DNA of 37,931 bases, from IMG/VR virus record IMGVR_UViG_3300045988_115844. One strand, written 5' to 3'. Below, in pieces: positions 18,041-27,199 of this stretch. Under the pieces are notes generated by a model. It did no database searches. It was given only the letters and a program-made list of their open reading frames with translations, and was not told the DNA's origin. Source of the stretch: a virus. Both the position numbers and the translations under genes were made by a program. Within the stretch, counting starts at the first letter, position 1. The number at the start of each line of letters is the position of its first letter.

Positions 18041-18115
18041 CGCGGAGTAGAGCAGCCCGGTAGCTCGCGAGGTTCATTCCCCCGAGGTCGTGTGGTTCAA
18101 ATCCCACCTCCGCAA
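18041..18115 (+). tRNA. Initiator-type tRNA-Met(CAT)-like gene, structurally imperfect (possible pseudo-tRNA)
   Basis: Near-collinear with E. coli tRNA-fMet from memory: CGCGGAG/CTCCGCA acceptor with a C1xA72 mismatch, GAGC..GCTC D arm, TTCAAAT T loop. Defects are an anticodon loop TTCATTC (U at position 37), an A:C mismatch in the anticodon stem, a bulged T in the T stem, and no encoded CCA. Confidence 0.5.
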
Positions 18116-18149
18116 CAACAATCAGATAAGGTAAAAAGATTGACTAACG

Positions 18150-18220
18150 AAGCCGGTGCACCGAGCGCACACCACCCTCCACACCATTGCGGCGTTACGC
18201 GTGCCCGGCTTTATTTTTTA
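18150..18220 (+). terminator. Long-loop hairpin plus T-run just upstream of the late + operon
   Basis: AAGCCGG(t)GCAC ... GTGCCCGGCTT followed by TATTTTTT. Confidence 0.4.
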
Positions 18221-18225
18221 GACGA

Positions 18226-19209
18226 ATGAAAGAAGTAATCATATCCACCGAAGCCGTCAATAGTTACGGCACGCGCATACTTACGGCAGGCATAGACCTG
18301 GAGCAGTACAAGCGCAACCCGGTACTGCTCTGGATGCATCGTCGGAGTTATCAGGACACCGCTGGACCCATTGGCCGTATCGAGAACCTGAGGCGTGATG
18401 GGGACAAACTTATCGGTACCCCTGTATTTGACGCAAACGACCCATTTGCCAAGCAGGTAGAGAGTAAATGGGAAAACGGTTTCTTGCGCATGGCTTCCGC
18501 CGGCCTTGAACCTTTGGAGGTAAGCGACGACCCGGCTTTGGTGTTTGACGGGCAGACCCGCGCCACGGTTACGCGCTCCAAGCTTGTAGAGGTCAGCATA
18601 GTGGACATCGGCAGCAATGACGAAGCCCTGCAACTCTATCAGGCTGGCAAGCTGCTGACCCTTGCGGCAGGCGAGGAACACCCGGCACTGCCTATCTTGA
18701 AATCAAACACCGACCCCGAACAGAGCAAGGGCGAGGACAATAACAAACAAATAAAAAACAAAATGAACAAGGAAATTTTAACCCTGCTCGGCCTGCCCGA
18801 AACGGCGACCGAGGAGCAGGCGGTGGCTTCGGTTCGCTTGCTCAAAACCAAAGCCGACAAGGCGGAGTCTATCCAGCTGGCGGCTGTAACTTCGGCGGTT
18901 GATGCTGCCATTGCAGAAAAGCGAATTATGGCGGAGACACGCGACCACTTCATTGCGTTGGGCAAGTCCGCAGGTCTTGAAAGTCTGACGGCGACGCTGA
19001 AACTCATGGCTCCACAGAGGAAGCCCAACGAGGTAATCAACCTTGGCAAGGAGAGCGCCCCCGGAAGCGGTGCCCAGCCCAAGGAGTATGCAAAACTAAG
19101 TGAAGTGCCAGAGAAGGAACTTTTGAACTTGCGTAAGGATGACCCGGCAAAATATGCCGAACTTTTCAAGGCAGAGTATGGGGTCGAGTGTCCGGAACTC
19201 AAAGACTAA
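18226..19209 (+). CDS. Prohead protease (HK97/S78-like) fused to a scaffold-like C-terminus
   Basis: LVEVSIVDIGSNDEA and LLWMH motifs. The C-terminal half is coiled-coil and charged. The ATG at 18226 is preferred over the TTG at 18187. Confidence 0.7.
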   Translation: MKEVIISTEAVNSYGTRILTAGIDLEQYKRNPVLLWMHRRSYQDTAGPIGRIENLRRDGDKLIGTPVFDANDPFAKQVESKWENGFLRMASAGLEPLEVSDDPALVFDGQTRATVTRSKLVEVSIVDIGSNDEALQLYQAGKLLTLAAGEEHPALPILKSNTDPEQSKGEDNNKQIKNKMNKEILTLLGLPETATEEQAVASVRLLKTKADKAESIQLAAVTSAVDAAIAEKRIMAETRDHFIALGKSAGLESLTATLKLMAPQRKPNEVINLGKESAPGSGAQPKEYAKLSEVPEKELLNLRKDDPAKYAELFKAEYGVECPELKD

Positions 19210-19241
19210 CAGAACAAGAACAATTATTAAAACGAGAAACA

Positions 19242-20330
19242 ATGAACGCGAAAAGCAATTTCCTTAAAAAAGTGATGTGCGCCCTGTTTGCGATTGTGGG
19301 CGCGGTAGCTTTCAACAGTGCTTCCGGCGCAGTGCTTGCCACAGCGGCAGGCTTGCCAGCCGGAATCGGAGCTGTGGCGGGCAATGCCGTTGCCCTGGTA
19401 GCCGGACAGCTTGCTCCGGCAGGTGCGATGCGTGCCGGTGTCCTTACAGAAATCTGGACGGCAGAAATGATCAAGACATTCCGCACTGCGCCTGAGGCGT
19501 TGGGCTGGATGCAGCGTATCAGAGCTTATAACCAGTATGTGGAAAATGACGTTATCCACTTTACGGAAATGGGCGGCGACCCTAAAGTGCTTGTGAACAA
19601 TACAAGTTACCCGCTTGCCATTACTGCCCTTACAGATGCGGACAAGCCTATCAGCCTTGACAAATTCGACACCGAGGCAACGCCTGTAACCGATGATGAA
19701 CTCCACGCTATCAGTTATGACAAAATGGCGAGTGTCCAGGAGCGCCACCGCGATGCGCTGCGTGAGAAGATTGCACAGAAAGCAATCCACGCAATCGCCC
19801 CGGACGCAAACAAAGAGGGTGTGCCTGTAATCAAGACCACTGGAGCAAGCGACGGCACACGCCTGAAAATGACATACAACGACCTTCTGACACTCAAACG
19901 TGAGTTTGACAAAATGGGCATACCCCAGAAAGACCGTATTTTGGTGCTTTGCAGCGACCACGTTAATGACCTGCTGGAGACAGAGCAGAAGTTCAAGGAG
20001 CATTACAACATCAACCAGACCGAGGGCAAGATTTGCCGCATGTACGGCTTTGACATCTACGAGTATGACGGCACGCCATATTACACCATGAGCACAGGCA
20101 AAAAGAAAGCCTGGGGTGCAACTGTTGCGACAGGCGACGCCCGCGCTTCCGTGGCATTCTATGCAGGTCGCATGATGAAGGCATACGGTTCAACCAACTT
20201 CTACCACAGCGATGCCAAGAACGACCCGCTCTACCACCGCAACCTCGTGAACTTCCGCCAGTGGGGCATTTGCCTTCCTTTGACTGACACCAAGAGCCGT
20301 GCGGCAATCGTGAGCGCACCGGCCGTCTAA
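19242..20330 (+). CDS. Major capsid protein (positional call)
   Basis: 362 aa, directly after the protease-scaffold gene. ATG at 19242. Confidence 0.55.
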   Translation: MNAKSNFLKKVMCALFAIVGAVAFNSASGAVLATAAGLPAGIGAVAGNAVALVAGQLAPAGAMRAGVLTEIWTAEMIKTFRTAPEALGWMQRIRAYNQYVENDVIHFTEMGGDPKVLVNNTSYPLAITALTDADKPISLDKFDTEATPVTDDELHAISYDKMASVQERHRDALREKIAQKAIHAIAPDANKEGVPVIKTTGASDGTRLKMTYNDLLTLKREFDKMGIPQKDRILVLCSDHVNDLLETEQKFKEHYNINQTEGKICRMYGFDIYEYDGTPYYTMSTGKKKAWGATVATGDARASVAFYAGRMMKAYGSTNFYHSDAKNDPLYHRNLVNFRQWGICLPLTDTKSRAAIVSAPAV

Positions 20331-20342
20331 CCGTAGAACCGC

Positions 20343-20849
20343 ATGGGAAAGCAGAAGTTAAAATATCTGGTAATCCACTGCACCGCCACCCCTGAGGGCA
20401 GGGACGTGAGTGCCGCCGACATCAGGCGTATGCACACAAGCCCGAAGCCACAGGGGCGCGGCTGGCGGCAGGTAGGTTATACGGACTTGTTCCGGCTTGA
20501 CGGTACCCGTGAGCGGCTTGTTGAGAACAACGAGGACGCATTTGTTGACCCTTGGGAAATCACCAATGGCGCAGCAGGCTATAACAGCGTTAGCAGGCAT
20601 ATAGTGTATGCCGGTGGTTGCGACAAGCAGATGAGAACTAAGGACACCAGGACGGCGGCACAGCGCAAGGCAATGGCCGAGTATGTGCTTGACTTCCACA
20701 AGCGCCACCCCGATGTAAAAATCATAGGGCACCGGGACCTTAGCCCGGACAGGAACAATAACGGAAAGATAGAACCCAGCGAGTGGATGAAAGACTGCCC
20801 CAGCTTTGAAGTGTCGGAGTGGTTGCAATCCATAGGCATAAAACAGTAA
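20343..20849 (+). CDS. N-acetylmuramoyl-L-alanine amidase endolysin (Amidase_2/PGRP type)
   Basis: LVIHCTATPEG, GWRQVGY and IVYAGG motifs. Confidence 0.8.
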   Translation: MGKQKLKYLVIHCTATPEGRDVSAADIRRMHTSPKPQGRGWRQVGYTDLFRLDGTRERLVENNEDAFVDPWEITNGAAGYNSVSRHIVYAGGCDKQMRTKDTRTAAQRKAMAEYVLDFHKRHPDVKIIGHRDLSPDRNNNGKIEPSEWMKDCPSFEVSEWLQSIGIKQ

Positions 20850-20857
20850 AAACGTGA

Positions 20858-21301
20858 ATGAGCGGCGAAGTAATCACTATCATAGTATCGGCGCTTGTAG
20901 CGGCGGTAGCCGGCCCTTTGGGGTCGTGGATAGGAAGAAAAGTTGAGCGTGCAAAGTATGAGGTCGAAGTCGGCAAGCTCCGTGCTGAGCTGAAAGACAA
21001 GATCGCAGAAGTGAAAAGCCATGAGCTTGAAAACGTGCGCAAGGCTTCCGACATATTGATGCAGTCAATAGTACCGCCGCTCAGGAGCGAAATAAACAAA
21101 TTAAGGAATGATGTACAACGGCTTAATGCCGCGTTGGAACGTATTTGGGGCTGTCCTCATGTTGAGCGCTGCCCTGTTAAATACGAACTGCTCCTCCCAA
21201 CGTCAAGTGCTGAAAAGCACCAAAGTGGAAACGCAGGTCGAGGAGACGACAACCCGGCAGGAGGGGACGCAGAGCGTACAGGAACAAGAGCAGACCCATG
21301 A
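20858..21301 (+). CDS. Lysis-cassette membrane protein (holin or i-spanin-like)
   Basis: One N-terminal TM (ITIIVSALVAAVAGPLGSWIG) followed by a coiled coil. Confidence 0.45.
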   Translation: MSGEVITIIVSALVAAVAGPLGSWIGRKVERAKYEVEVGKLRAELKDKIAEVKSHELENVRKASDILMQSIVPPLRSEINKLRNDVQRLNAALERIWGCPHVERCPVKYELLLPTSSAEKHQSGNAGRGDDNPAGGDAERTGTRADP

Positions 21302-21635
21302 GGAAGCCGTCGAGGCTGTAACGGTTACGGAGATTGAAATCTACGATACCGAAGCCCCAGCAAATCCTCAGACCGGGGAACACCCTGTAAAGGCCAGAAT
21401 CAGGCAACGCACCGACCGCACCGGCACAAGCCGCGAGGTAACGACATGCCACGCAGAGGAGAAAACCGAAGCCGAGGAAACCAAGGTTTACAGCGGCGGG
21501 GAACTGTCTGAGGCGGTGGTAGTCGCAGAACGGCCGCCGAGCCTTTGGGAACGCATCAAGAAAGGCGTCATGTGGGGTGTGGCGGCAATCATTCTGGCGG
21601 CAGCCGGGTGGATAATTTATAAACTCAAAAAATGA
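21108..21635 (+). CDS. Lipoprotein with C-terminal TM (u-spanin-like); start may be at 21126
   Basis: Signal and lipobox-like AVLMLSAALLNTNC-SSQ, with a C-terminal TM VMWGVAAIILAAAGWIIY. Overlaps the previous ORF in another frame. Confidence 0.45.
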   Translation: MMYNGLMPRWNVFGAVLMLSAALLNTNCSSQRQVLKSTKVETQVEETTTRQEGTQSVQEQEQTHEEAVEAVTVTEIEIYDTEAPANPQTGEHPVKARIRQRTDRTGTSREVTTCHAEEKTEAEETKVYSGGELSEAVVVAERPPSLWERIKKGVMWGVAAIILAAAGWIIYKLKK

Positions 21636-21925
21636 CAAAAGACATGGCAGAAGAAATTAAAAATACAGAGCAACCGAGTGCCGAAGTAAACCCGACGGCA
21701 GAGAGTAAGGAACCCAAGAGCGGAGCGAAGCCCAAGACGAAGAAAACGAGCAAGGAAGATGCCCCGTCAATGCTCAAAGCTGTGGGGCGTGAGGCGTGCA
21801 AGATGCACAAGCTGGAACAGGTATGGGTTACGGACGACGGGCAGTGTTTCCCTATTGAGGGCGACGCAAAGGCGCACGCCGCTAACCTCAAAAACAAGGA
21901 ACTTATAAAAGTAACGGCAGAATGA
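21632..21925 (+). CDS. Hypothetical Lys-rich protein
   Basis: ATGA-coupled on both sides. Confidence 0.5.
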   Translation: MTKDMAEEIKNTEQPSAEVNPTAESKEPKSGAKPKTKKTSKEDAPSMLKAVGREACKMHKLEQVWVTDDGQCFPIEGDAKAHAANLKNKELIKVTAE

Positions 21926-23106
21926 GCACGAAACTAACCATCAACAGAACCAACGGGAATGTCCCCAAGACACTGCAAGGCGAGGACCATATCACAGGCT
22001 TTGTGGCATACTTGCCGGACACTGAAATCCCGGAAAGTTTCAAGACAGAAAGGGTGCAGGCACTTTCCATGATAGACGCAGCCGAAGCGGCCGGCATTAC
22101 CGCCGACGCTGCAAGCTGGGCGGTCAAGGTGCTGCACTTCCACCTTAGCGAGATTTACCGCACCAATCCTGCGGTCAGCCTGTATGTCGGCATTTTCGCC
22201 AAGCCGAGCGGTGCGAGCGATGCCTACACCTTTGCCGAATTGAAGACCGTGCAGAATTTTGCCGGCGGCCGTATAAGGCAGATGGGCGTATGGTGTGGCG
22301 ACCGCAACATGAGCGCCGACGACATCACGACACTGCAAGGCATCGGCGACACGCTTGCAGACCAGGCAGCCGAGTTGTCAATCCTCTACGCCCCAAAGGT
22401 GGCGAACGTGAAGCAGATAACGCAGGGAGCGGCAGGCATAGGCAAGAGCCGTGTAAGCGTGGTAATCGGCCAGGCGGGCAGCGGAACTGGCGCGACACTC
22501 TACAAGGACAAAGGCAACGCCGCCAAGAGCAGCGTCAGCGGACTGGGTACCGTTCTGGGACTTCTGAGCCGTGCCAAGGTTCACCAGTGCATTGCGTGGG
22601 TGCGTGAGTTCCCGACCGGCATAAGTGTCCCGGCATTCGGAGACGGCACACTTTTCAGGGATTTGGACAAGGCGCTTGTGGAACAGCTGGACAAGGCGCG
22701 TTACCTGTTCTTTATCACCCAGCCTGGGCAGACCGGCAGCTATCTGAACGACAGCCACACAATGGACGAAGCCACCAGCGACTATGCGGCCATCGAGAGC
22801 GTGCGCACTATGGACAAGGCCGTGCGTGGTGTCCGTACCTACATTGTCCCTGAACTTGGCGGCAATGTCTATGTGGACGCAGAAAGCGGCAAGCTGGCAA
22901 GTTATAGCGTCAGCCACCTTGAAAACGTCGCCAACCTTGCCCTCGAAGATATGGAGCGAGCCGGGGAACTCAGCGGCTACAAAGCCGAGATAGACCCCGA
23001 GCAGGACGTGGCAAGCACCGGACGCATAGACATAGTAATCAAGAATGTGGCAAGCCCTGTAATCCGCCATATCAATATCAAGATAGGGTTTGCCAAAACC
23101 GTATAA
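21922..23106 (+). CDS. Tail sheath-like protein
   Basis: 394 aa, followed by tube, chaperone and tape-measure genes in the canonical order. Confidence 0.55.
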   Translation: MSTKLTINRTNGNVPKTLQGEDHITGFVAYLPDTEIPESFKTERVQALSMIDAAEAAGITADAASWAVKVLHFHLSEIYRTNPAVSLYVGIFAKPSGASDAYTFAELKTVQNFAGGRIRQMGVWCGDRNMSADDITTLQGIGDTLADQAAELSILYAPKVANVKQITQGAAGIGKSRVSVVIGQAGSGTGATLYKDKGNAAKSSVSGLGTVLGLLSRAKVHQCIAWVREFPTGISVPAFGDGTLFRDLDKALVEQLDKARYLFFITQPGQTGSYLNDSHTMDEATSDYAAIESVRTMDKAVRGVRTYIVPELGGNVYVDAESGKLASYSVSHLENVANLALEDMERAGELSGYKAEIDPEQDVASTGRIDIVIKNVASPVIRHINIKIGFAKTV

Positions 23107-23124
23107 CATCAAAACACAAGACAA

Positions 23125-23568
23125 ATGGCAAGTACAATAAACAACGGCATTCCTTTGGTCAATGGCATGCTATGCGCCTGGGCTGATGTAGTCGTACTTA
23201 TCGGCGGTGTGCCTGTAACTGGCATTGTAGGCGTGGAGTATGGCGATGAGCAGGAAGTCGTGAACAAGTGGGGCGCAGGCCGTCACCCTGTGGGGCGTGC
23301 CAAGGGCCGCATTACCCCAAGCGGCAAGCTCATTCTTTATCAGGAGGAGGTGCAGGCGCTTCAGGCACAGGCACCCAACGGCAGGCTGCAGGACCTTCCG
23401 CCTTTTGATGTAATCGTGCAGTATCTGCCTGACAGCGGTCTGATAGTTACCGACAAAATCCGTAACTGCCAGTTCTCGGGCAACAGCCGTAAATGGAAAG
23501 AGGGCGACACCGGGCAGGAGGTCGAGCTTCCGCTTGTGCCTTCCCATATAGACTGGGGTAGCAAGTAG
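23125..23568 (+). CDS. Tail tube protein
   Basis: 147 aa. Called from position and size. Confidence 0.55.
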   Translation: MASTINNGIPLVNGMLCAWADVVVLIGGVPVTGIVGVEYGDEQEVVNKWGAGRHPVGRAKGRITPSGKLILYQEEVQALQAQAPNGRLQDLPPFDVIVQYLPDSGLIVTDKIRNCQFSGNSRKWKEGDTGQEVELPLVPSHIDWGSK

Positions 23569-23588
23569 TAACCCGAAACTTTGCAGGC

Positions 23589-23618
23589 GGCCGTTAAGAG
23601 CATACGACCTTAACGGCC
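23589..23618 (+). terminator. 10-bp hairpin after the tube gene (attenuator or processing site?)
   Basis: GGCCGTTAAG ... CTTAACGGCC, with no T-run. Confidence 0.4.
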
Positions 23619-23660
23619 ACTTGCAGTCAATAAAAACAGATTAAACAGCAATTAAACGAC

Positions 23661-24002
23661 ATGGAAAAGGAAAAAGTGCAGCAGGCACATACTTTTGACG
23701 GCGGCGTTACCGCAGAACAGGTGGAAGCATGGAAGAATAAGCACCGCAAGGTCTACCGTGTGGACATTGTGGACGGAGAGGATACCCATATAGGCTACTT
23801 CAAGCGTCCGGACTTTGCAACGATCAAGGCTATTACCAAAGTCGCCAAGACCGATGAAGTGGAAGCCGGTAAAATAATGTTCAATAACTGTTGGCTGGGA
23901 GGAAGCGAGGAACTGAAAGATGATGCCGTGCTTTTCATGGCCGTGCAGGTTCAGCTCGGCAAACTGGTTAACGGTTGCATGGGCAGCCTAAAAAACTTGT
24001 AG
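23661..24002 (+). CDS. Tail assembly chaperone, short form
   Basis: 113 aa, immediately upstream of the tape measure gene. Confidence 0.65.
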   Translation: MEKEKVQQAHTFDGGVTAEQVEAWKNKHRKVYRVDIVDGEDTHIGYFKRPDFATIKAITKVAKTDEVEAGKIMFNNCWLGGSEELKDDAVLFMAVQVQLGKLVNGCMGSLKNL

Positions 24003-24211
24003 AGGCGCACACCCTTGCAGATGATAACGACAAGGACACATTTGCCAAGGGTTGCGCCTTGATACGGGCTAACCTTCACAAAGACCCCGACGAGGTGGAG
24101 ACGGAGGAAGAATGGGCGGCACTCTACGCGCAGGCCATTTGGCTTGAACGCTGGCGCAACCAAAACCGTGCAGAACTGATATCGGCGTTATTTGGGAACG
24201 GGAAAAGTTAA
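23661..24211 (+). CDS. Tail assembly chaperone, long form by -1 frameshift
   Basis: ORF 23975-24211 is in the -1 frame relative to 23661-24002. The overlap contains a slippery site. Confidence 0.6.
23990..23996 (+). promoter_or_regulatory. Slippery heptamer A AAA AAC
   Basis: The zero-frame codons cta aaa aac fit X XXY YYZ and lie 2 codons before the stop. Confidence 0.6.
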
Positions 24212-24357
24212 GGTCTCCAGAACACCCACCAAGGGAGCGGGCCAGAGCCTTTCTTTGAAAAAGCATAACGGAACAGGTCAATCATGTAGAGAACCAACCC
24301 CAACATGCCACCAATTAAAATTCCGTAGCCGATTATTTTAAGTAAAAGACTCAACAT
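24208..24357 (-). CDS. 49-aa single-TM protein on the opposite strand (moron-like; shorter than any ORF in the supplied track)
   Basis: Hand-translated as MLSLLLKIIGYGILIGGMLGLVLYMIDLFRYAFSKKGSGPLPWWVFWRP. A TActTTTG -7 box lies upstream on the - strand. It fills a 197-bp gap in a tight operon. Confidence 0.4.
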   Translation of the reverse strand: MLSLLLKIIGYGILIGGMLGLVLYMIDLFRYAFSKKGSGPLPWWVFWRP

Positions 24358-24408
24358 AAAAGAAGTATGTATTTGTAACACATCACAAAAGTAACAAATA
24401 AATCCGAC

Positions 24409-26574
24409 ATGGCTAACGTTTTTGACTATATTTTCAATATCGGGGGCAATTATACTGCCACCATAAACGGCATGAGCACGGCGACCGGGGATTTTTCGGC
24501 CAAGGTTGACGGTGCGCAGAACAGCATCGGGAAACTTACCTCGGTGCTTGCCGGTCTTGATTTGGTCAAAAATGCCATAGACGGCTTGCAGCAGGCGACC
24601 GACGCATTCAGCGTGTCAGGCATAGCACTTGACCGAAATATGCACGACCTCAGCGCAGTTGCGGGCGTTACGGGGGACAGCCTTAGGCAGATTGAGGGCT
24701 TCGCCCGTCAGTCGGCAAAGACCTTCGGGACCGATGCCAGCGTTGCCGTGGAGGGTTACAAACTGCTTTTGTCCCAGTTAAGCCCTGAACTTGGTAAATT
24801 CCCGGAAGCCCTGCGCGATATGGGCGAAAGCATACAAATCACCAGCAAGCTGATGGGCGGTGACGGTGTGGCGGCAGCACAGGTTCTGACAACGGCGATG
24901 AACCAGTATGGCGTAAGTCTGGAGGACCCGACGGCAGCCAGCAAGGAAATGGCGCGTATGATGAACGTAATGGCGGCAGCCGGTCAGGCTGGTTCTGCGG
25001 AGCTTCCGGCCATATCGGCAGCATTGCAGCAGTGCGGAATGGCTGCCAAGGCGGCAAATGTCAGCTTTGAGGAAACCAACGCAGCCATACAGGTGCTTGA
25101 CAAAGCCGGAAAGAAAGCCAGCGAGGGCGGTGTCGCCCTTCGCAATGTGCTTGGTCAGCTTTCAAAAGGCAGGTTCGTGGAGAAACAGGCGTTAGAAGAA
25201 CTGCAAAAAGCCGGCATCGATGTGGTGGCGTTGGGAGACAACAGCAAGAGCCTTAAAGAGCGGCTCGAAATGCTAAAACCCATGCTGAATGACAGTGCCC
25301 TGCTGTCAAAGTTCTTCGGTGTGGAAAATGCCAACGCAGCCCGTGCGTTGATACAGGGCACAGAGGCGTTGGACGGCTTCACGCAAGCAGTAACCGGGAC
25401 AAACAGCGCCACCGACCAGGCGGCAATCATCATGCAGAGCTATGCGGAGCGTCAGGCGGTTGTAAACCAGAAAATAGAGGATATTAAAATATCCCTTTTC
25501 CAAGCTACGGGCGACTTGACATTGTGGGCTGGTGCCGTATTTAATGCCGCTATGCCATTGGCGCAAATATCCCCTTTGATTATGCTGTTGGGCAAATTGA
25601 TGCTGTGGGTTAAGGGGCTTAACTGGGCAGGTATGTGGACATGGATAAAAAACTCCGTATATGTCGCCCGGTTGCAAATGGCGTTTATGAACCGTGAACT
25701 AATCACAGGGCAGTTTGTCTCCAACGGCTTTCTGATAAACATCACACGCGCCACATTGGCGGTGCTTCGTTTCGCCACGGTAGGCATATTCAACGCTCTC
25801 AAAGGTCTTGGCGCACTGGTGTTGTCATTCATAACCGGGGGCACCGCTTCCGCTACGTTCTCCACCGTTGCCTCCACTTCCTTTGCGACCTTTGCCGCAA
25901 CTGCAAAGACCGCTTGCCGTGCCGTGTCGGTAGCCATTATGAACATTCCGATAATTGGCTGGATAGCGGCAGCCATAGCCGCCCTCATTGCCGTAGGCGT
26001 TTATTTCTGGAACACTTCGGCAAAATTCAGGGCGGTGCTGAAAGGTACTTTTGCAGCCTTCAAAGCCTGCTTTACAGGAATAGGGGAACTTGCAAAACAG
26101 ACCTTCGGGGCTATCGGCGACCTGATAAAGGCCGCTTTCAACCTTGATGCCGCAGGAATATCCACGGCACTGAACAAACTGAAAGCAGGATTTTCCGACT
26201 ACGGCAAGCAGATAGGCGCGGCATTCAATGAGGCATACGACGCGGAGATGAGCGAAGCCGCCAAGAAAGAGGCGGCGGAGAAAGCCAAAGGCAAGAAAAC
26301 CGCTCCTAATGGCACAGGCGCAGCAGTTCCGTCCGTGGCTGTTCCAACCGTCGATCCGACAGCCGGGAGCCTGAACACCGCAACCACATCAGGCAGCGGA
26401 ACAGGCGACGGCGGAAGCGGTAAAATCCGCAACGTAACCATTAACATTGAAAAACTTGTCGAGCGCATAGAGTTGCACACGGCAACCATAAGCGAGGGCA
26501 CGGAGCAGATAAAGGAGCGAGTGCTTGAGGCCTTAATGGGTGCGCTCAATGATACCCAACTGGCAACAGAATGA
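24409..26574 (+). CDS. Tape measure protein
   Basis: 721 aa, Ala/Gly-rich, with a central hydrophobic block. Follows the chaperone pair. Confidence 0.8.
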   Translation: MANVFDYIFNIGGNYTATINGMSTATGDFSAKVDGAQNSIGKLTSVLAGLDLVKNAIDGLQQATDAFSVSGIALDRNMHDLSAVAGVTGDSLRQIEGFARQSAKTFGTDASVAVEGYKLLLSQLSPELGKFPEALRDMGESIQITSKLMGGDGVAAAQVLTTAMNQYGVSLEDPTAASKEMARMMNVMAAAGQAGSAELPAISAALQQCGMAAKAANVSFEETNAAIQVLDKAGKKASEGGVALRNVLGQLSKGRFVEKQALEELQKAGIDVVALGDNSKSLKERLEMLKPMLNDSALLSKFFGVENANAARALIQGTEALDGFTQAVTGTNSATDQAAIIMQSYAERQAVVNQKIEDIKISLFQATGDLTLWAGAVFNAAMPLAQISPLIMLLGKLMLWVKGLNWAGMWTWIKNSVYVARLQMAFMNRELITGQFVSNGFLINITRATLAVLRFATVGIFNALKGLGALVLSFITGGTASATFSTVASTSFATFAATAKTACRAVSVAIMNIPIIGWIAAAIAALIAVGVYFWNTSAKFRAVLKGTFAAFKACFTGIGELAKQTFGAIGDLIKAAFNLDAAGISTALNKLKAGFSDYGKQIGAAFNEAYDAEMSEAAKKEAAEKAKGKKTAPNGTGAAVPSVAVPTVDPTAGSLNTATTSGSGTGDGGSGKIRNVTINIEKLVERIELHTATISEGTEQIKERVLEALMGALNDTQLATE

Positions 26575-27176
26575 AATCACCCGTAAGCATATCATTTATG
26601 GCGGTAGGTGCGGCGCAGTTCGCCGCCAAGTCGCTTGTAAGGTTCAAGCCCGGACGCACGGGAGAAGCACCGAGCTGGGAGGGTCGAGGTGCGGACATCA
26701 CCACCCATGAGGTGGGCACTCCGATAACGGACCGCGCATATTGGGAGGGACGTTATGCCTTATGTACGCTGACTTTCCGCAAGGAGGACGGCTCGGAAAT
26801 GGAACTTTCAGACGCTGTGGCCGCGGTGAGCCGTGAAAGGCGCATTGTCTGCACGCCACTGACCGGACGGGACGGCACCGTGAAAGAATACATAAACGAG
26901 GGCGACTGGAACATCAACATCGTTGTGGGCGTTCAGGCGGTGCGTGGCGGTGTCATTACGGACGACTACCCGGACGAGGAACTGCGGCAGCTCCGTGAGT
27001 TCCTGGACGAAAAGAAGCCTTTGGAGGTTTACAGCGCATTCCTTGACATTTTCGACATTACGAAAGTCGTGATCAAGAATTATTCGGCGACACAGGCGAC
27101 GGAAGCCAATTATCAGGCAATCAGCATAAGCGCGGTAAGCGATGAGGATTATGAAATATACAGTAACGAGTATTAA
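26571..27176 (+). CDS. Tail/baseplate protein (unknown family)
   Basis: ATGA overlap with the tape measure gene. Confidence 0.45.
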   Translation: MKSPVSISFMAVGAAQFAAKSLVRFKPGRTGEAPSWEGRGADITTHEVGTPITDRAYWEGRYALCTLTFRKEDGSEMELSDAVAAVSRERRIVCTPLTGRDGTVKEYINEGDWNINIVVGVQAVRGGVITDDYPDEELRQLREFLDEKKPLEVYSAFLDIFDITKVVIKNYSATQATEANYQAISISAVSDEDYEIYSNEY

Positions 27177-27199
27177 ACAACCATTAAATAGCAATTAAA

